A stretch of 64,000 nt of DNA from Balanoglossus misakiensis (lineage: Eukaryota > Animalia > Hemichordata): positions 6,894,791 through 6,958,790 of the forward strand of contig CM082596.2 of the NCBI GenBank assembly GCA_040954595.2, given 5' to 3'. Positions 1-15,476 of the stretch are shown one piece after another. How positions within the stretch are numbered: the first letter of the stretch is position 1; every line of letters starts with the position of its first letter. The notes under the pieces are model-generated. The model was not told where the DNA came from. It did not search any database and worked only from the letters and a program-made list of their open reading frames with translations. The position numbers were made by a program, and so were the translations under genes.

Positions 1-1541
1 TGGAAACGACACCGTTGTTTTCGAAATCAATCGTCTGGCCGACACCCAACGCGGAATACGAAACCCACTTTCTCACTGGGTGTACTACGCTTACGTCACG
101 CACGAGACAGATAAAAAGCGTGAAAAACACTACTATTTGTATTCATCAAAATCGAACAAATACTAGACATGGTAATTTTGTAAATAATATATCACAGAAA
201 CGCTCGAAGAACGTTTGCCTCGATTTAAACCTCGCAATTTAGGACTTGCGATTCTGAGTTTTGCTTCACGATGGTTTACACTTTTAAAAAAATTCAAAAT
301 TTTGAAGCGTGCATTGCCCACCGTGACGTCATTACCGATAATCATACAACACGATACAAATACAAAGCAAATGTAAAATTAGCTGTTTTCGAATTCCCCT
401 AACTATTCATATCTGCAAGACATAATTCACTATTATTGACGATGGAAACTTAAAGAAAATCTGAAATAACGAGTTTTATCGTCAAATTTGTTTCGGGAAG
501 TTGTACTTTCAGCAGAGGGTTTCCATAGCGATAAATCAGAGCATTTTGAGGTAACACGGTTCAATGACGTCATTGCATGCAAATGTAGTGTGATATATCT
601 CGCATTATTGCTATTTCGAGGGTGGCTGTCCGAACACCCCCTATCCCGAATCTCAACACGTGACCAGTGTCTGTCACAGAAACAGCTGGGCGGCGTAACG
701 ACCACTTTTGCCTCAATTCAACAACATTATTTACAGAGAATACAAACAATTAACCAGCCTCGCATGTACACATACCTATCATTATATACAAAAAATTATG
801 AGAGCTGAAACTCACTGTACGCGTGCTGTTTACACCATGAGTCATTTCGGAGGGCATTCGCAGAAAAATACAGATTTTGAACCTATTCAATTGTACAGTA
901 AAAATAAAAACAGCTAAAATATCTATAACAATCATTGATATAAAGATCTCGGTTTGCTTTTGGTTACCGGTCAGGCAAATTTGACATTGCTTCAAATACA
1001 ATGTGTAAGTGTAATATCACCGGTATATACTTCACATAGGACCGACAACCACCAGATTTTCATCACAGCCCCTATTTCTTAAATACGCCCAAATGCATAT
1101 ATAAAGACAAGATGTTATAGACTCAAATTTAAAAGAAGTGGCTTGAAATTTTAATACTGATTCGGCAAGGCTTATGAAACGCGGACTCTCAGTCCGGTCC
1201 TTCACGTCCGGTCCCTATCATGTCCATGCATGCATTGCGCGAAAAATTGAAATCATTGATCAGAACCAGGTGTTCTTTTTATGTCCAGAGCGTGGCATTA
1301 TGGGAAAAAAGTACACGCGTTGCTGAATGTCCAATTCCATTCATTTATACAAGTCTTCGCTTATCCTGTTCAGCAGCTCAATCGCCGTTTTTGGTGATTC
1401 TTCCTGGATGTCTGACTCCTTCTCAAACGATAGCGTTCTGGAAAGAATAGAAACGTCCTCGTTCGAGGCGAACTGGGCATCCTCGTCCGGGAATGGATTT
1501 TTTTTAAAAAAAACGCAACGACACCGCGCCGGCCGCACAGG

Positions 1542-4500
1542 TTACGAGTAGTCGTTGCACGTGTGGATGGTCTTCCTCGTCGTGCACGTGTCACAGTTCA
1601 CCACGCAGCACCAATGGAAGCGACACTTGCAGTTCTCCGTCACCACTATCGTCTGCTCCGTGTAGCCGCGCCCGCAGCACAGCAGGTCGCAGCCGCCGAT
1701 GCCCAGCGACGTGTTGTTGCAGCCCCTGCCGGCCGTGCCCAGGGACCCCACTTTCCGGCTGGGCTCGCAGAAGTCCGGCGAGTCGGCTATGTAGACCAGG
1801 TCGTCCTTCCCCGGCGGCTTGATGGTGTCCCCGCCCTCGGGCAGCAGTCCCTCGCCGCTGTTCCCGCCGATGACCTTCGCCGCTCCGTTGAATTTGTCCT
1901 TGAGCAAATCGCCGACGTCCCGGAAAACCGGCATTTTCTTCCAACACGTCTTCACCGTACACGATCCGGACAGCCCGTGGCACTTGCACTCGACCCTCAT
2001 ATTGTCTTTAATTGCCTGAAATCGGAATAAGAAAGCGAAAATGTGAACACGCTTCTTAATATTGGCCAAGAGAAATTATGACACTAACTTTTCAGAAAGA
2101 TATCACCAAAAAATCGTGATGACACGATTCCATCAAACATCAACAAGAACACCAGTAGTCATACAATTCTGAGAAAACACCATATTCAGTGTTACCGGAC
2201 AATTTGCCAAACTATGAACGGAACCACAGGGGCATCTATATATGAGACAATGCTATTACTTTCTCGTCGATTAAAAGAAATACCGATGTAAGAAAATATC
2301 GGTGCAGAATGAGTTCCGACGGTAAGGGGAGAACCATTTGATTTCGGGAGGGGTGATTTGGGTATGTCATCATTTTTTCAGCCACTGTTCCAGCATTTTT
2401 TTCTTTGTCAGTTATACTTTTTTCTCATGGCATTGCAGAAGGAAATCCCCCGAACTATCTGCCAACATTTTTTCCACCCCCTACAGAGTTGAAATGGTTC
2501 GTCCCTTACAGGATACGTGGGCTAGATTTATTGCAGCGCCAGGCTAAAATATATGTGTTATCTATTTGGACGTGACACACTGTTTATGTGCGAGGAGACA
2601 GCTTGATTATTGAACGTTAGTGTGATTTGCTTGGCAGGGCAACGTACACTCCGCGACGCTGCGAACAGGAATGTGTATTTTCCTGGCCAACGTTTCGAAC
2701 CGGGTGCTATTTTCGTCCGTTCAAAGTAATTTTCCCTCAGTATGCTAAAGGTCAGAAGGGCTGTAATTGGCGAGAGCGTGGCTGGACATCCGGCCAAGTC
2801 TCATAAGTATTATCGCACTCTCTGAAATAGGAGCGCTGTCGTGGAAAAATGGGCGATGTGGTTTATAGATTGGAGCCTCTCACAGACGGCAGGGCGTGAA
2901 TTATTGGTGGCATACTGACAACTTATTTTGAAAGGAAATAAGTAAGGAAACCATCCCAAATTAAACAGGGCACCCTAAAACGGCAGCTATATTATTTCGG
3001 GCCTCAGAGCAGTGAACTGTAATGTTACGAATCGCAATAACAGTGATAGGCATGATTTGAGATGACCTTATCAACGAGAATTGTGTTTATTTAGATATGA
3101 TATGTTTACTCTGAGCTACCAGAAACGCTAAACAGTCAACCATGGACTTCAAACTGAAGACTCATTACCATCACAGACCATACCAACATTTCTTTAGTAA
3201 AATCTCGGCCTTCTCAGCGGGAACTTCGCGGAGAATTAAACAGACACGAAAATCGTGAACTCTGTGACCGCGTCCTTCGCCAGCTAAATTACGCGAGCGC
3301 GAGCGGCGCGCTCGGGTGTCGTAACCGAACCCGAGCCTCCTCCAATTCGATCCGAGTTAATTGCTTCAAAGAACAAAGATACAGCGATAAGGCCACTCGA
3401 CCACTGAACCCGGCTTGTCCTCTTAGTGAGGTGATACTCGATGGGAAAGTTAGACAGCGTGGGGGCTGGTGGTGATGATGATGGCGAACGGAATTGCTGA
3501 AGGCGATGATGGAATATTAATAAGAAGCACGATTTCGTACGGTAAACTGATTACACAGATATCGGGCCAAAATAGAAACCTGTCGTATGACGCACGTGAC
3601 CTGTCAATCAAACGCTGCGGTTTAGTGATTTTTGTAAATTTATTAATCCTCGATTGCTTTACTAATGTGATTGATGATCTGTGCGGCACTAAGGGTAATT
3701 TTATCAGTGGAAATGAGAAACTCGAACCCCGCCAGGCTAAACAGATTGAGACGGGCATAGATAGGAAAATATACAACCACAGATTGATGGATATATTTAA
3801 GATGGCAAGATGGGATAAATAGATATGTAGATTTGTGCAGAGACGAATAGACGACAAACATCATATAGGTGTTTGTCGCCTATTCCTTACTGTTTCCAAC
3901 ATGCAAGTATTTAGTATCAACAAACAAGGACAACATTCGGCAAAATCGAAAGCAAAGTTCCGGACACTTGTAACACGTGACTGCTTGAGGCAGACCCGAC
4001 CGCAGCGTCAAAGCAATCGAACCACGGTGAACTTTGAACCCACCCAAACCTGAAGCAATAAATCAACAACCTGGAAGACGTCGGACACACGTTTTTTTTC
4101 AAGTAGTCATTTTGCACGAGTTTGGGTTTGGTTTCGTTACAGTGTTGTCTGATTGACTTGAAAAAGGTGAAAGAAAGAAACACCGCTAAAAGTTGTAGAG
4201 CTGAGCATTGTGAACCAAGATTTGATACCAGCCACGCGGCGTCTGCGAAATTTCGTTATTACAACATGTACTCCACGTACATGTATATAGACCAAACATT
4301 CAAACGACCAATATGCGTGCACGCGATACTCTCCAAACAAAATGAAAAGTACAGTACACCATGGTACACACCAGTATCGAGTACTTCGCCGTATTTATAA
4401 CAGATATTTTTGGGTGCCCGAGAAATAAAATCCCGCGATAGCATGAACTTAAAATACTCTCGTGTTTGTCTGGAATAGCCAGTTAATATTATTCTGCGCC

Positions 4501-7500
4501 AGTTCCTGGGATCTTTACCTAAATTTCATATCACGTGACAGACATCGACGCAAAATTGGTGGGGGGAAGAACTTCTGGGGGATTTCTTAACTGAAATTTG
4601 TTTTGCTAAAATTCGTAACATACAGCGAGGGATTTTGTCTAACGCACAGAAGAAGGCCCAGAGATTAAAGCTAAGAATCAACTCCGATCACAGTTAAACT
4701 TTGTCCAGAGTAGCGAAAAAAGTCACCTGCCAAGTTGAAGAAGGTCAAGCCGAGGTCACCAGAGGGATTGGGCCAGAGCACGGCCCCAACGACTGCAATT
4801 TGCAAAACAAACATTTTGAGGAAAATTCATTTGGTCGCCCCCGAGGCGGCAAATCCTCCACTGGTCTTGGAAGCGAAAAGGGACACCGCCGTCCCCGTCA
4901 ATTTATGACGTTGTTCCGAAATCGCGGAGTTAAAATTTACCGCCAGGATGCGTGATCCACGCCCTGGTGAAATACCGTTGTACTTTGAACTTCAAGTTCA
5001 TATTTTTCTGATGTGGAGAAAGGATGATCACAACAGAAGAAATTCAGGCTTTGCGATACTAATTAAAATATGCGTGGTTATGAATAAATGTTCATTTTCT
5101 TCTGATTGTCAAGTGATAGATCATCATAAAATAAACTGTCATGGTTGATAACACTACTGATATTGGAAATATTTGGTAGAGAGACCCTCTGGGTATGCCT
5201 GGCCGGATTTGGCTCTCAACACAAGACAATTTTCCACATATGCTACGTGTCTTGTCCCGCCGTAAATAAGACAACTCCATCCAACAGTTAAATTATCCGT
5301 CTGGGGGAGATAAATGGGGCAAGGAATTCTCACGACACTTGGACATCGTTAAATAACACAGTCTTCACTTTTAGTGGACGTGCTTGTTTTGGTTTTAAAA
5401 TATTATGGTTCGGGAATTATTGGGTTTCGGCGAACCTTATGTTTATGGCCCTGTGCGAGATTGCACGTTGGCCGGGCCTTCGCACGTGGTATCATTGGGA
5501 CCAATGTACTAGCATCTCGGCGTTATGTCAATCGCTCGACCTCTAGACTTATAATCTGCCACAATCCGTCCCCGACCGTGTTTCCTCGCCTTGTTGCTCG
5601 TGTGTTCTCATTGGCTTTGCAAAATACCACCGAGCTCAAAAAGTGTTTTACATTATATTGATACCGACGGTTTTCAAACACCCGTCGTACGAGGAAGGGA
5701 AATTGTAATTCACAACGGGCGCCACGACTTTCTCTTTCATGAAAAGGGTGGTAAAAAACTCCAAAATACTCGATTTTTTTTCATAGACAGAGTTAACACG
5801 AGCTAGGTCGTTGACTTTTCAAGGTCAAGTTCGCACACATGCGTGTCGGAGAAACCAATCAGCCCAGGAACAGGTGTTCACCCTATCTAGTTGCAAATGT
5901 GGTCATGGCAAAAATGCATAAACCTAATAAAAATCTCATCTCGTCAATCCCGACATATATGTGGATCAGCACGAACTGTGCCCCTCCCATGGAAGATATT
6001 TCACGTGCGGAGGCGGCATGGTTTCATTATGAGAGATGATCTTTTGCTCCGAAGTCTCGAGTCAGAAGTCCGTTCACCTCCGTGGCCCGCATCAAACGCA
6101 ATCGTCTGAAATTAATGACAGCTCAAGAACTCCTTGACCCAAAGAAAACAAACCAATAAAATGATAACGATCTTCGCGTGGCAATGTGACGTAATCAGAC
6201 CCACGCCTGCTTCCGATCGACCTGGGCCCTTGATTTTAAGGAGAGGGGGAATGCTTTGCTGGTGACGTCACTCTGTCGGTTAGCTTTGCCGTATACACTA
6301 GGGGGGAATATGATTTATTCTATATAACAACCAGGCAACATGTGGTATGCGTGGGTTTACGTTTGAAATGTAATGTTATTTTCCTCTTTTCGTGGTCGTT
6401 GATTTTGTTGGCTTTTTCGACGACGACGACGACAACAGTTAAAATTTGCTGTGTCATGGTTATTTCTCCACGACAACCCTGTCTCTTTTCTCATCACTGC
6501 ACATGCGTCCTTGACCAAAAGATTACTTTAACGCAGGCTGTTCTAAATTTTTCATCTCTCCGCCCTTGCGAGGGGTACCGGCGCGGCGGATACTGTAACA
6601 AGACTACAAGCGTCACGATTACTCGTCACAAACAAACCGATTTGACAGTACGCATCTTTCGCGCTTTCCACTTCGATATTTTAGTGTCCCCGTTCTCTCG
6701 ACTGACAGAAAATTATGCTTCGCGTGAGGCATGTGCAAGTAAATCTCTAACAAGGTCGGAAAGTCCGCGGAGTGGTTTGTGGTGTCAGTCTATGAGCCGC
6801 TTCAGAAAGACTGTTGCTGCCGCGAAAATATGGTTACAATATTCCAGATAACATCTGAGCCTGAGAAAATTCTTACTTTTAATTCAAATTACCCATTGGT
6901 CAAAATACTAGTATTATCTTCCCGATTCTCAGTGTTAAACAGTGGGCGTGGCTTTATATCGTTGGATGAAGACTAGGATCTATTATCATGTAAATGTAGC
7001 GGATGGATGAGCAAGGATCGTGCGACCAAAGGAAAAATACATGAAACAAGTCCATGTTTGTATTGAGCTTATCATATTCAATATGAGGTATTGCCGATAT
7101 TAAGGGTGAGGTCCCCAAAGAGGGGAAACTCGATGATTTTTAAGTAGGGGCGTTGACGCGCAACTCTGTGCGGATTAACATGCTTACACCTGTGGATAGC
7201 GGAGGTAACACACCCGTTTTATCGGGTAAGACGATTTGGCCGACAATGGGGACACCATGTTGTAAGGGGGATCCTTTCCGTTCTGGAAGTTCCCCCTCTC
7301 AAAATACTTATAATGCCGAATCTCTTTACTGACAAATAAACCTTTCCTCTTATTCTACGAGAAAACTTCTCTCTTTCCTTTTTGTTTTGTCGTAGAACAC
7401 GCGTAATGGTTTCCATAGGCTCGAATGATTCGAAGAGGTGAACGGCCAAAATGCGTCATCTTCTCGGTGGGCGAAATGGCTGCCGTGGAAATGGCCAATT

Positions 7501-10500
7501 TCGCCGCCTAGCACCAGTACGCGTTCGGCGGTTGTCGACAGTGCATTTTGGCGTGTCAAGCGGCTCTTTTCATGTCGCCGGGAATGCCATGAATCCCGCG
7601 GCGGCGAGTTAATTAAGTTAGCGTGCGAAATGCTTAATTTTTTCCAGAATGGCGACGGCGACACCTTTTTCAGAAAGGGGAAAGCTAGTACATTGATAAA
7701 AAATCGACACCGGTATGTGAATGCGGAGATGTCCAGTTTACACCAACCCCACGATGGGCCAGCCCGCTAATCGACGTCATCCGAACGTCCTCGCGAAAAG
7801 CCTGTCCACAAAAGCGGTACTTGACGCGTCGCCTGCCTTTTAATACAAACCGCCTCATTATGACGTCAGGGGGAAAACGCTTCGTTTTCAGTTGCGCATA
7901 CCTCACTGCAGTGTTTCCAATTCAACGTACAAACAAAAACCAATCGCGACAACGCGCTGGACGTCCGAGAAAAATGCCCGTCACACTCACTATCGCCCAT
8001 TATCAATAGCTTGATTAAGTGCTTTGAATAATTTAAATAACTCGAGTGTAGCAGCGAAAGTTATCGCCATTGAAAGACGGTGTTACTGTTCACGGGCTTT
8101 AGATTGATCGGAGGTGACAACTAGTTCGCTTCGGTGATCTGACAAGCAGGGGATGTTAGGTGAAAAAACAAAAGTTGATCTCACTACAAGGCCTTTCTCA
8201 CGAGGCACTGGACTAACGTTCAGATTATACTAAGTATTCTATCTTGATAATAGTCGTTGCCCTGTAGACCAGCAGGCGATAAATTGTGTCTTTGAAAAAA
8301 TGTTCATTTTGGGGGGAAAGTGGTTCGAACTTCCGTGGTAAAAAGTAATTATGAGAACTTATAAATGGATGAGACACGCAAATTTGTCCTGACATCATTT
8401 TCGCTTCATGACTTGTAAAACCAGACTCCATTTTGGATTATGTATATTCAGAATGCGACTGTTTTCGGTATACATAAGTCTGTTCGGGGTGACGGCGCTA
8501 CGTGCGTACTCATAGTTAGGCTGTCTCGAAGACCCTGCCAAATAGATTTACGGTTTCAAAAACAAACACGTGATTGGGAAGCGTCTTGTTGCGTGCCTTT
8601 CAACAACTGGAGGCGGAATGTTGGTTTGACATTTTTAACGTTTTGAAACGCCCGAACTGCACTAACCAGATGTATTCAGCGACAGGAGAGAAAAAAAACG
8701 CAGGAAGCATGTTCTAGTTTTTGCTAATGGTATTTGGACAACGTTCACCCTTTGATCGCCATATTTTTCTCTGTCAAAGTACGTTCGCGTCCTCAAACGA
8801 CATATTTTAACAAGTTTACTCCACTGAATTCGAGGGTAACGCGGGAAGCAGCCGGTCCATTCGTGGTGTTATGACTTCAACGCGACGCGAGCTGGAAGGG
8901 CAGTTTCTTTCTTCGCTGTGTTAGTTTGACATTGGCCCAGGGGGCTTCTCACTAGGGGTCACCAATGTATGACCCATACTTATACCCCATTCTCAGAAGA
9001 GCAAAAAAAATACAAATACACTATTGGATCGGGCCGCCTGTAACTCGACCCGCCAAATCGCTACTGTAGCCAAACGGCTGTCATTGTGACCCGGGTAGCT
9101 CTAAAGCAGTGGTATATAAGAATATTTAATCGAACGTGGAATTTCCACCAGATCCTGACCCGCCCATATTTCTTTCTCCCTATTGATACCAGACCAAAAA
9201 AACTTCAAAAGCGAAGGAGCTATCCTGGAATTAGAACCTCCCATTCACAAGGAGAGCCATTGATCTGATCTGATTGTGGGTTATCGCGTCTTTATCTGCT
9301 GGGAGCAGTCAAGAGTAATGGGGGAGTTTATCGTATTGTGACAAGCTATTCCATGCATGTCGTCATCTTTGTTCGCGATTGCTGTCGTCTCGTGTTATTT
9401 GTTTGCGCGTGGAGAAGGAGACAGGCCAGCTTTGACTTGGCTGATTTGGACCAAACTGCGCCATTTGCATGTTTCAAGTGCAGGTCCGAATCAAAAGAAT
9501 TGAAAACTTACTCACAAGTACAGCTAGTCTAGTATCTAGCCGTGTTTTGTCCATGGACAATACACGACTGAATACAAGACTACAGTACAGCGGATATTCA
9601 TATTGCACTCGGTCTATACATTAAAACTTGACTATGGCCTAAACTAATTTTCTACATTAGGCTGTGGCCGTGTACACAGTGAAAATAGCTTATAGTTTGA
9701 TGATTTCATGATGTCTATGTAAGTTTTAGTGTTTAAAAACTGGTCTATGGGGATATTGTGACGGTTAAGCTACTGCAATTTGGTACATCTTGGTCACCGC
9801 TAATCGCTATGATTAAAGATGCCCGACTTTGAAGATGGCTGACTCGTGTAAGAAGCTTCAAAGCTGAGATAATTTTACGTCATTTTTCAGACTATCACTT
9901 GGCGCCATTTCAGTTGACAGGCGACGACAAGGGGCAAAGAGGCAGGATCAGGGATCAAACGATATCAAGCAGCAAGAGCGCGCGGGTGTATGTATTAGGA
10001 GAACGGGGAGGCTACTCACCAGTCGACCCGCCTCGTTGTTGTGCAGATTAATCAGCGTCTTCACGTCGCTGCGCCGCTTGTCCTGCGCGTCCATGAACTC
10101 CTTGGACTTCTGGTAGCCGAAGTCGATGTTGTCGGCGCAGCCGCCCCACTCCCACGTGCCGTTGGAGCTGACCTGCCCCACCATGGTGTCGTCGCAGCCG
10201 CACTGCAGCAGTTCGCCCATGGAGCACGCCTGCGTCACCGCGTAGGTCACGCCGGCAGACGTCACGGCGCACACGAACGCCGTCTCCCTCGTGTCTGCAA
10301 AAAGAAGGGAATTATCAGACATTTACAAAAAAATGAGCCGAAACATTCAATGTACAATCAAATCTGTGTTAGTGGACACCTCTATATAGTGGCCACTTTG
10401 TCATAGTCCCTGTGAAATTTATAATACATTAATTGACATGTCCATAAAGGCCACCTGTGTATAAAGGCCAGTTTCTTAAACTGGCCTTTATATTCAGGTC

Positions 10501-13500
10501 CATTGACTGGCAACTATTTACTGTAGTTCATTTCTTGCGTTGGACCTTGGATAGCCTACTGTCCATGATCGGACCTTTTCCCCTTCCCCGAGTAATCGCA
10601 CTGACTTTATAATAAACACGTGTCCAAATATGTCAACGTGCACATGTCATCATTTTAAGCAGAACTGGCATCCAAAAGTTACATCTACAAGTGGGCCAGT
10701 CAATGCCCCTACTTCTACTGACAAAATTGGCTTCAGTCATCCATGATTGCGTGCTTCCATCTTTAGAAAAATATAAAATGGGTCGTGTGTTAGACACAAT
10801 TGCTTAACAGAAACTGTCTGCAGATTCTCGAGCCACCATTTCACATTTGTGATAGCTTTTCTCAACTACAGCGGGTTCACCGCCCCCGCCCCCCCCCCAT
10901 CCATTTATCTACCAAAATCACACCATGTATTGAGTTCTATGCGAACTACTATTCGGGACATTTGAACGAAACACAATCATCGATTGGACCGAGAAACAAC
11001 GAACTCGCAGATCCGTTGATAAAGCGCGAGTCAATGTGCTGACCAATGACCATCATACAGATCACAGGCGTCGCGTCCAAAGATATAATTTAATACTTTT
11101 TCAACTAGACGGACTCTTCCTTCTTTTGTGACATTGAATGGCACCCAACGAATGTCTGTTTGATTTATAACCATACGGATATTTTTAAACGCCCCGCGCC
11201 GGAGGTCAAACCGTAGCTATCTAACACGGGGACAGTCATATTAACCGCCACAAGATGGATCGCCCGCTCTCAACACCGCGGCAAAGTCGGCCATCGCCCG
11301 CTCCACTATTAAAAGATCGTATGTATGTCTGGAGAGTCGACGGCGAGGATTATCCAGTCGGGGTGATTGATACAAATTAGCTAGGTGCATTCCTCTTGTA
11401 AAACAACCCGACCCGAGAAAATCTTTGAGGCAGGGGAGGGGTCAAATAGGGGTCAGAATCGCAAAGCCGCCTGTCATGTCGACGACAGTATTGATACATG
11501 AATATTGCATGGCCAGGAATATTAACTAACGGTATAGTACACCCATCTCCAGACAAGCGCGTCGCAGATCCCCTTAACGCGACTCCCGAGATATCATCAC
11601 GTACCGAAGAGCGCGATTACAGAAAAGAATGATCGTGGAAGCAAAACGTGGAAAAGTAATAATATTTGAAGGGATAGAGTACTATCTTAATTTTCTTCAT
11701 AAATAACCACCGCGACTGTGTATATTGCCGTCGATTTATTTCTAGCCGGGGAAACTGACATACATGTATATACACCTGAAATGGACGGCGCGCGCTGCAC
11801 GGGAGCTCGATCACCAGGCGCGGAAACGAAAGGTGTTAAGTGTCAACAAACAGTTCAATTTCCTCAAGGAGATTACCGGAACTTATCTAGATTGACTAAT
11901 TTGAGCAAATATACTTAACTGTCCGGGCTGATACTCGAGCGACGTAAGTAAACAGCTCGGTGATAGAGTGAGTAAACATGACTAAATGGTTTCCGCGATT
12001 AGCTTTATATGTCTGTCAGGTCGCGAGTGACCCAGGCTACTACGCGTCGGCGCGGAGCGTAACTGTGGAAACAAGCTAACTTACAAGGTGATTATGGCTA
12101 AGTTTGTAAACAGGTGCTCGAGCTCAGCAGTTGGGATAGAATGGAGCTCCTCGTTAGAGCAGCGAGTAATGTCCGACAACCGTTTAACATGTGTGTCCGT
12201 TGTAAATGGCCTTTTTTCTCTCTCTCGCTCATCAATCTACGACCAGACATAATCAAACTCTGCGTCGATGACACTTAACGTGCAATTTATCGGCATTAAG
12301 ACGCTCCAATGACTATACGCGGGACACCAGTCGCCGCACCGACGTCTTGCTCATTGCCGTGTTGGTGAGCGCGTTGCTTGGTGAGCGCAGTCGGATGCTT
12401 TCCCCTAGTAACGCCGCGGCGACCACGCGGAGAGAGTGAACGCACGCGCGGGCGTCCAAGAGACCGAGCGCGTGAAGACGCCGCCGAGCCGAACCGGCGT
12501 TCACCGCGCTAAATTTATCTCAACTTGTCAGAGAATACGAACAGTGTACGACCCCGCTATTGAACGGAATTCCAAAGTTTACCCGCTCAAAACGAGTAGA
12601 AAAAGTGCTACATCCCCGGCTGAACTCTGCAGACATTCGTGTCTTCGCGAGATTTTGGCCGATTACAACCGTCGCTGGTAAGGTTAAGCGGCTGATTCTC
12701 TTGGCGACACAGCCAGCTCGGCAACTAATTTTAAATTTGACAAATGGAGAGAGGGCCACGCTGTCTGAACCCGCTGCACATAAATAAAATTATGACATAG
12801 TCAGCGACATAATTACATTTTAACTGGCCGCGGTCTGGCATACCGCGCTCGTGTAGTAGAAGACAGAAACAAGTACGACAGGGAACTTTTAATGTTACAC
12901 GCCATTTTGGCCAAAATAATCGATTAACGACACCGTGTTACAAAACGTGCCCTTCGCGAAAGTGGCTATAATTACAGCGACGACCAATACGCGTCGATTT
13001 AATGAGATGAACAGGCCAGTCGACCGACCAGACAGTTCGATATATATGTGCGGCGAGAATTACAATTTCTTGAAAAAAAGCTTGCGCTATAAAGGGAATA
13101 CAGACTGTACCCAAATACGTTAACGCGATTATAAATCCGAATTTCCTCCGCGTATATTTATTTATAGACACGATGATTTACAAAACGGCCAGAGATCTTG
13201 ACAGCGGCTTGCTTTGGCGAATTAGAGCTGGGCCATTATTTCCAGTCACCCGAAGACGTATAATCACAATTTATGTCCACTTGGGGTCGTTATCAAGAAT
13301 ATATCGATTGCATGGCTGGTGTGAAAACACCGTAAGGGTGCTTTTAGTTACTATAAGCCTCGTATCGCCTCTTAATATTTTCACCTCTAATTTTTCTACG
13401 CATGCACGTGAAAAGACGAAAAGTTTACTTAGACAATTGTCACGGTTGTATAACGCCTGAGATGTCACATTTCTACCTAACCCGATTTACCCCACCGACT

Positions 13501-15237
13501 ACCCTGTTTTGCTAGAAGTAAGATAGAAATGGAAAACGCTCTATTTAAAGGTCCCGGTTTCATTTCAAGTTCATGAATTTTTCCATTATGTGCCTGAATG
13601 GGGAGGGTCAGGGTTCAGGGTAGATTGAAATGTAACGCGATCTAGAAGGAGATAATTGATGTCGACCGACCAACCTTGTAGGAGTATTTTTCCGAACGAG
13701 TGGTTTGTCGTCGTGCAGTTCCATCGCCTGTCTTTGAACTGGTGTTGGCACTCCACCGTGCCCAGCTTGGTGCCCTTGCTGACCTCCTCGACTATCTCCG
13801 GCTCCTTCCGACAGATCTCTCGGGGCTTGCCGGACATTCGCCGGGTCTTCCGGCATATCCTGTTCGGGTCCAGGTGTAGGGGGTTGCCAACTGCCCTGTT
13901 AGGGAAGAGCAGGCGAGAATGTTAGCGGGTCTGTCGGTCAAGAGGCTTAAGCGCCCTTGAAAGACACGCACACATAAAACAGTCCGCGTATGGCCGCGGC
14001 GGTGTGCCACAAGAAACTAGGGGGGGGGGGGGACAGAAACACAATTAAGGAAAAGGGGGGCGCCGAATTGCCCCGGTAATTAAACGAGACACGGCGGTAA
14101 TTTTTCTGACATACTCCCGCATAATAGACCTTAACAAACACACAAGGCTGCGGACACGGTCCCCGGACAACAGCGAGCAACATTGGCTAAACGATTGCGT
14201 CGAACTGTCAGCTAGAACAATGCCGTATTTTGATAAATCGCTCTGCTCTGACAACAAAAACCGTTAAATGGGGGGGAAGAGGAAATTGAAACCATTCTCT
14301 GCTGACTCGTTCGTGAAATCGCCTTATCAAACGACAAAGCAATTTTCCCCCGCACGACACTATGACGTTGGTAAATGCAATCGAATTACCGGCAAACCCC
14401 CAGACCACGGTCACGCATTGTAATCACGTTAAAAGCTTCACCACGGCCATAAAACAGACGCGTTTTGGCAACTTTACCCAAACTATGATATTAAACGAAA
14501 TTTCGTTTGGTGAGATATACGCGGTCTGCCAGTGGATACAAATGAACTAGCTGACATGTGTAACTTCGATCCCCACCCCGTCCTATTTTCTGATACTTCT
14601 CCTTTTAAAGAAGAACAACGCTGCTTATTCCCAAGTGACAGGCGATTGTTTAACACACGGGTCAAGTGGGGCGCTACTCAATCCCCTAACGCATTCCCTA
14701 AACCAAGTCACCTGTTCACGAACACTTTTTAACGCGAGGAAATTAAAGCGTTATTAAGATAGCGATTGAAGCCAAATTTCCACCCTCGGCCACTACGACC
14801 AGTGCCGTTGTAGTGAGATACAATACAAATATGCTTCCGTGTACAACTCTTAAACTGACATCCTGTACGTACGTCATCATTAAAACACAAGCTTTCTAAC
14901 TTGAACGAGCGTGGTTTTAGCCGCGGTCAAAACTCACTCCGACTTTTGGTTTGTCCTGTAACTTTTTTTTATGCCGGAATGTGTGCTTTCTCGTGAGAGG
15001 GAGTGCGTGTGTGGGTTCGCCACACTCGAAAAGAAGGTTGTTCTTGCGCGTTTGTAGCCTAAACGATCGCTGAATGGAGAAGTCACATCCATCCCTCACA
15101 AAGCGTGTATAACTTTCGCTGGTCTGAACAATCACAAATGAAGTGGGTACTTACCACCAGAGACCGGTAATATTGGCCGGGAAGAGTAGGAGAAGACACA
15201 AGACAAGTAGCAGCGACCTCTGTTCCATTCTGTACAT
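1542..15237 (-). CDS. WNT6: Wnt6 secreted ligand, 4 coding exons (15237-15155, 13895-13675, 10294-10020, 2015-1542), 350 aa
   Basis: All introns are GT-AG with compatible phases (2,1,0); 83+221+275+474=1053 nt. Signal peptide MYRMEQRSLLLVLCLLLLFPANITGLWW, then AVGNPLHLDPNRICRK, QDTRETAFVCAVTSAGVTYAVTQACSMGELLQCGC, WEWGGC, LHNNEAGR, CKCHGLSGSCTVKTCW and CCGRG...CKCRFHWCCVVNC. LWWAVGxPL and AVTQACSMGELLQCGC are typical of Wnt6. Confidence 0.93.
10353..10525. mobile_element. Degenerate Tc1/mariner-type MITE-like remnant in Wnt6 intron 2
   Basis: Begins TACAATCAAATCTG and ends TTTACTGTA (TA-CAG-like termini). It contains internal repeated GTGGACACC/GTGGCCAC/ATAAAGGCCA units and an inverted TGGCCTTTAT. 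The TIRs are decayed. Confidence 0.4.
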
Positions 15238-15420
15238 ACCATACCAGAAGGAGGGGGAAAATCTTGCGGATGGTGTAATTTTTTTTTCGGGTGGGAAGAC
15301 CGACTAGGACACTGATGCCATTCCTCGACTGTGTGTTAAAACAGACAAGTCGTATAAATCTCGGTGCTTATTTACATGTTGCACGTTCAGGTTTGTTTAG
15401 AAATGAAACAATATAAACAG

Positions 15421-15476
15421 ACCGCCGCCCGCTGATTGGTCGGCGGCGAGCGCCTTTGTAGCGGGCGCGGCCAATC
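15421..15476 (-). promoter_or_regulatory. Putative Wnt6 proximal promoter (two CCAAT boxes, GC-rich, TCF-like site)
   Basis: About 190-240 bp upstream of the ATG: GATTGG and CCAATC boxes, GCCGCC/GGCGGC and CTTTGTA (15454-15460). Motif evidence only. Confidence 0.45.

Noticed and set aside
1563-2030. Plus-strand and alternative-frame ORFs over Wnt6 exon 4 (likewise over other Wnt, GT, CYP and 7TM exons)
   Set aside because: Shadow ORFs caused by high GC3 in real coding exons; no independent motifs.
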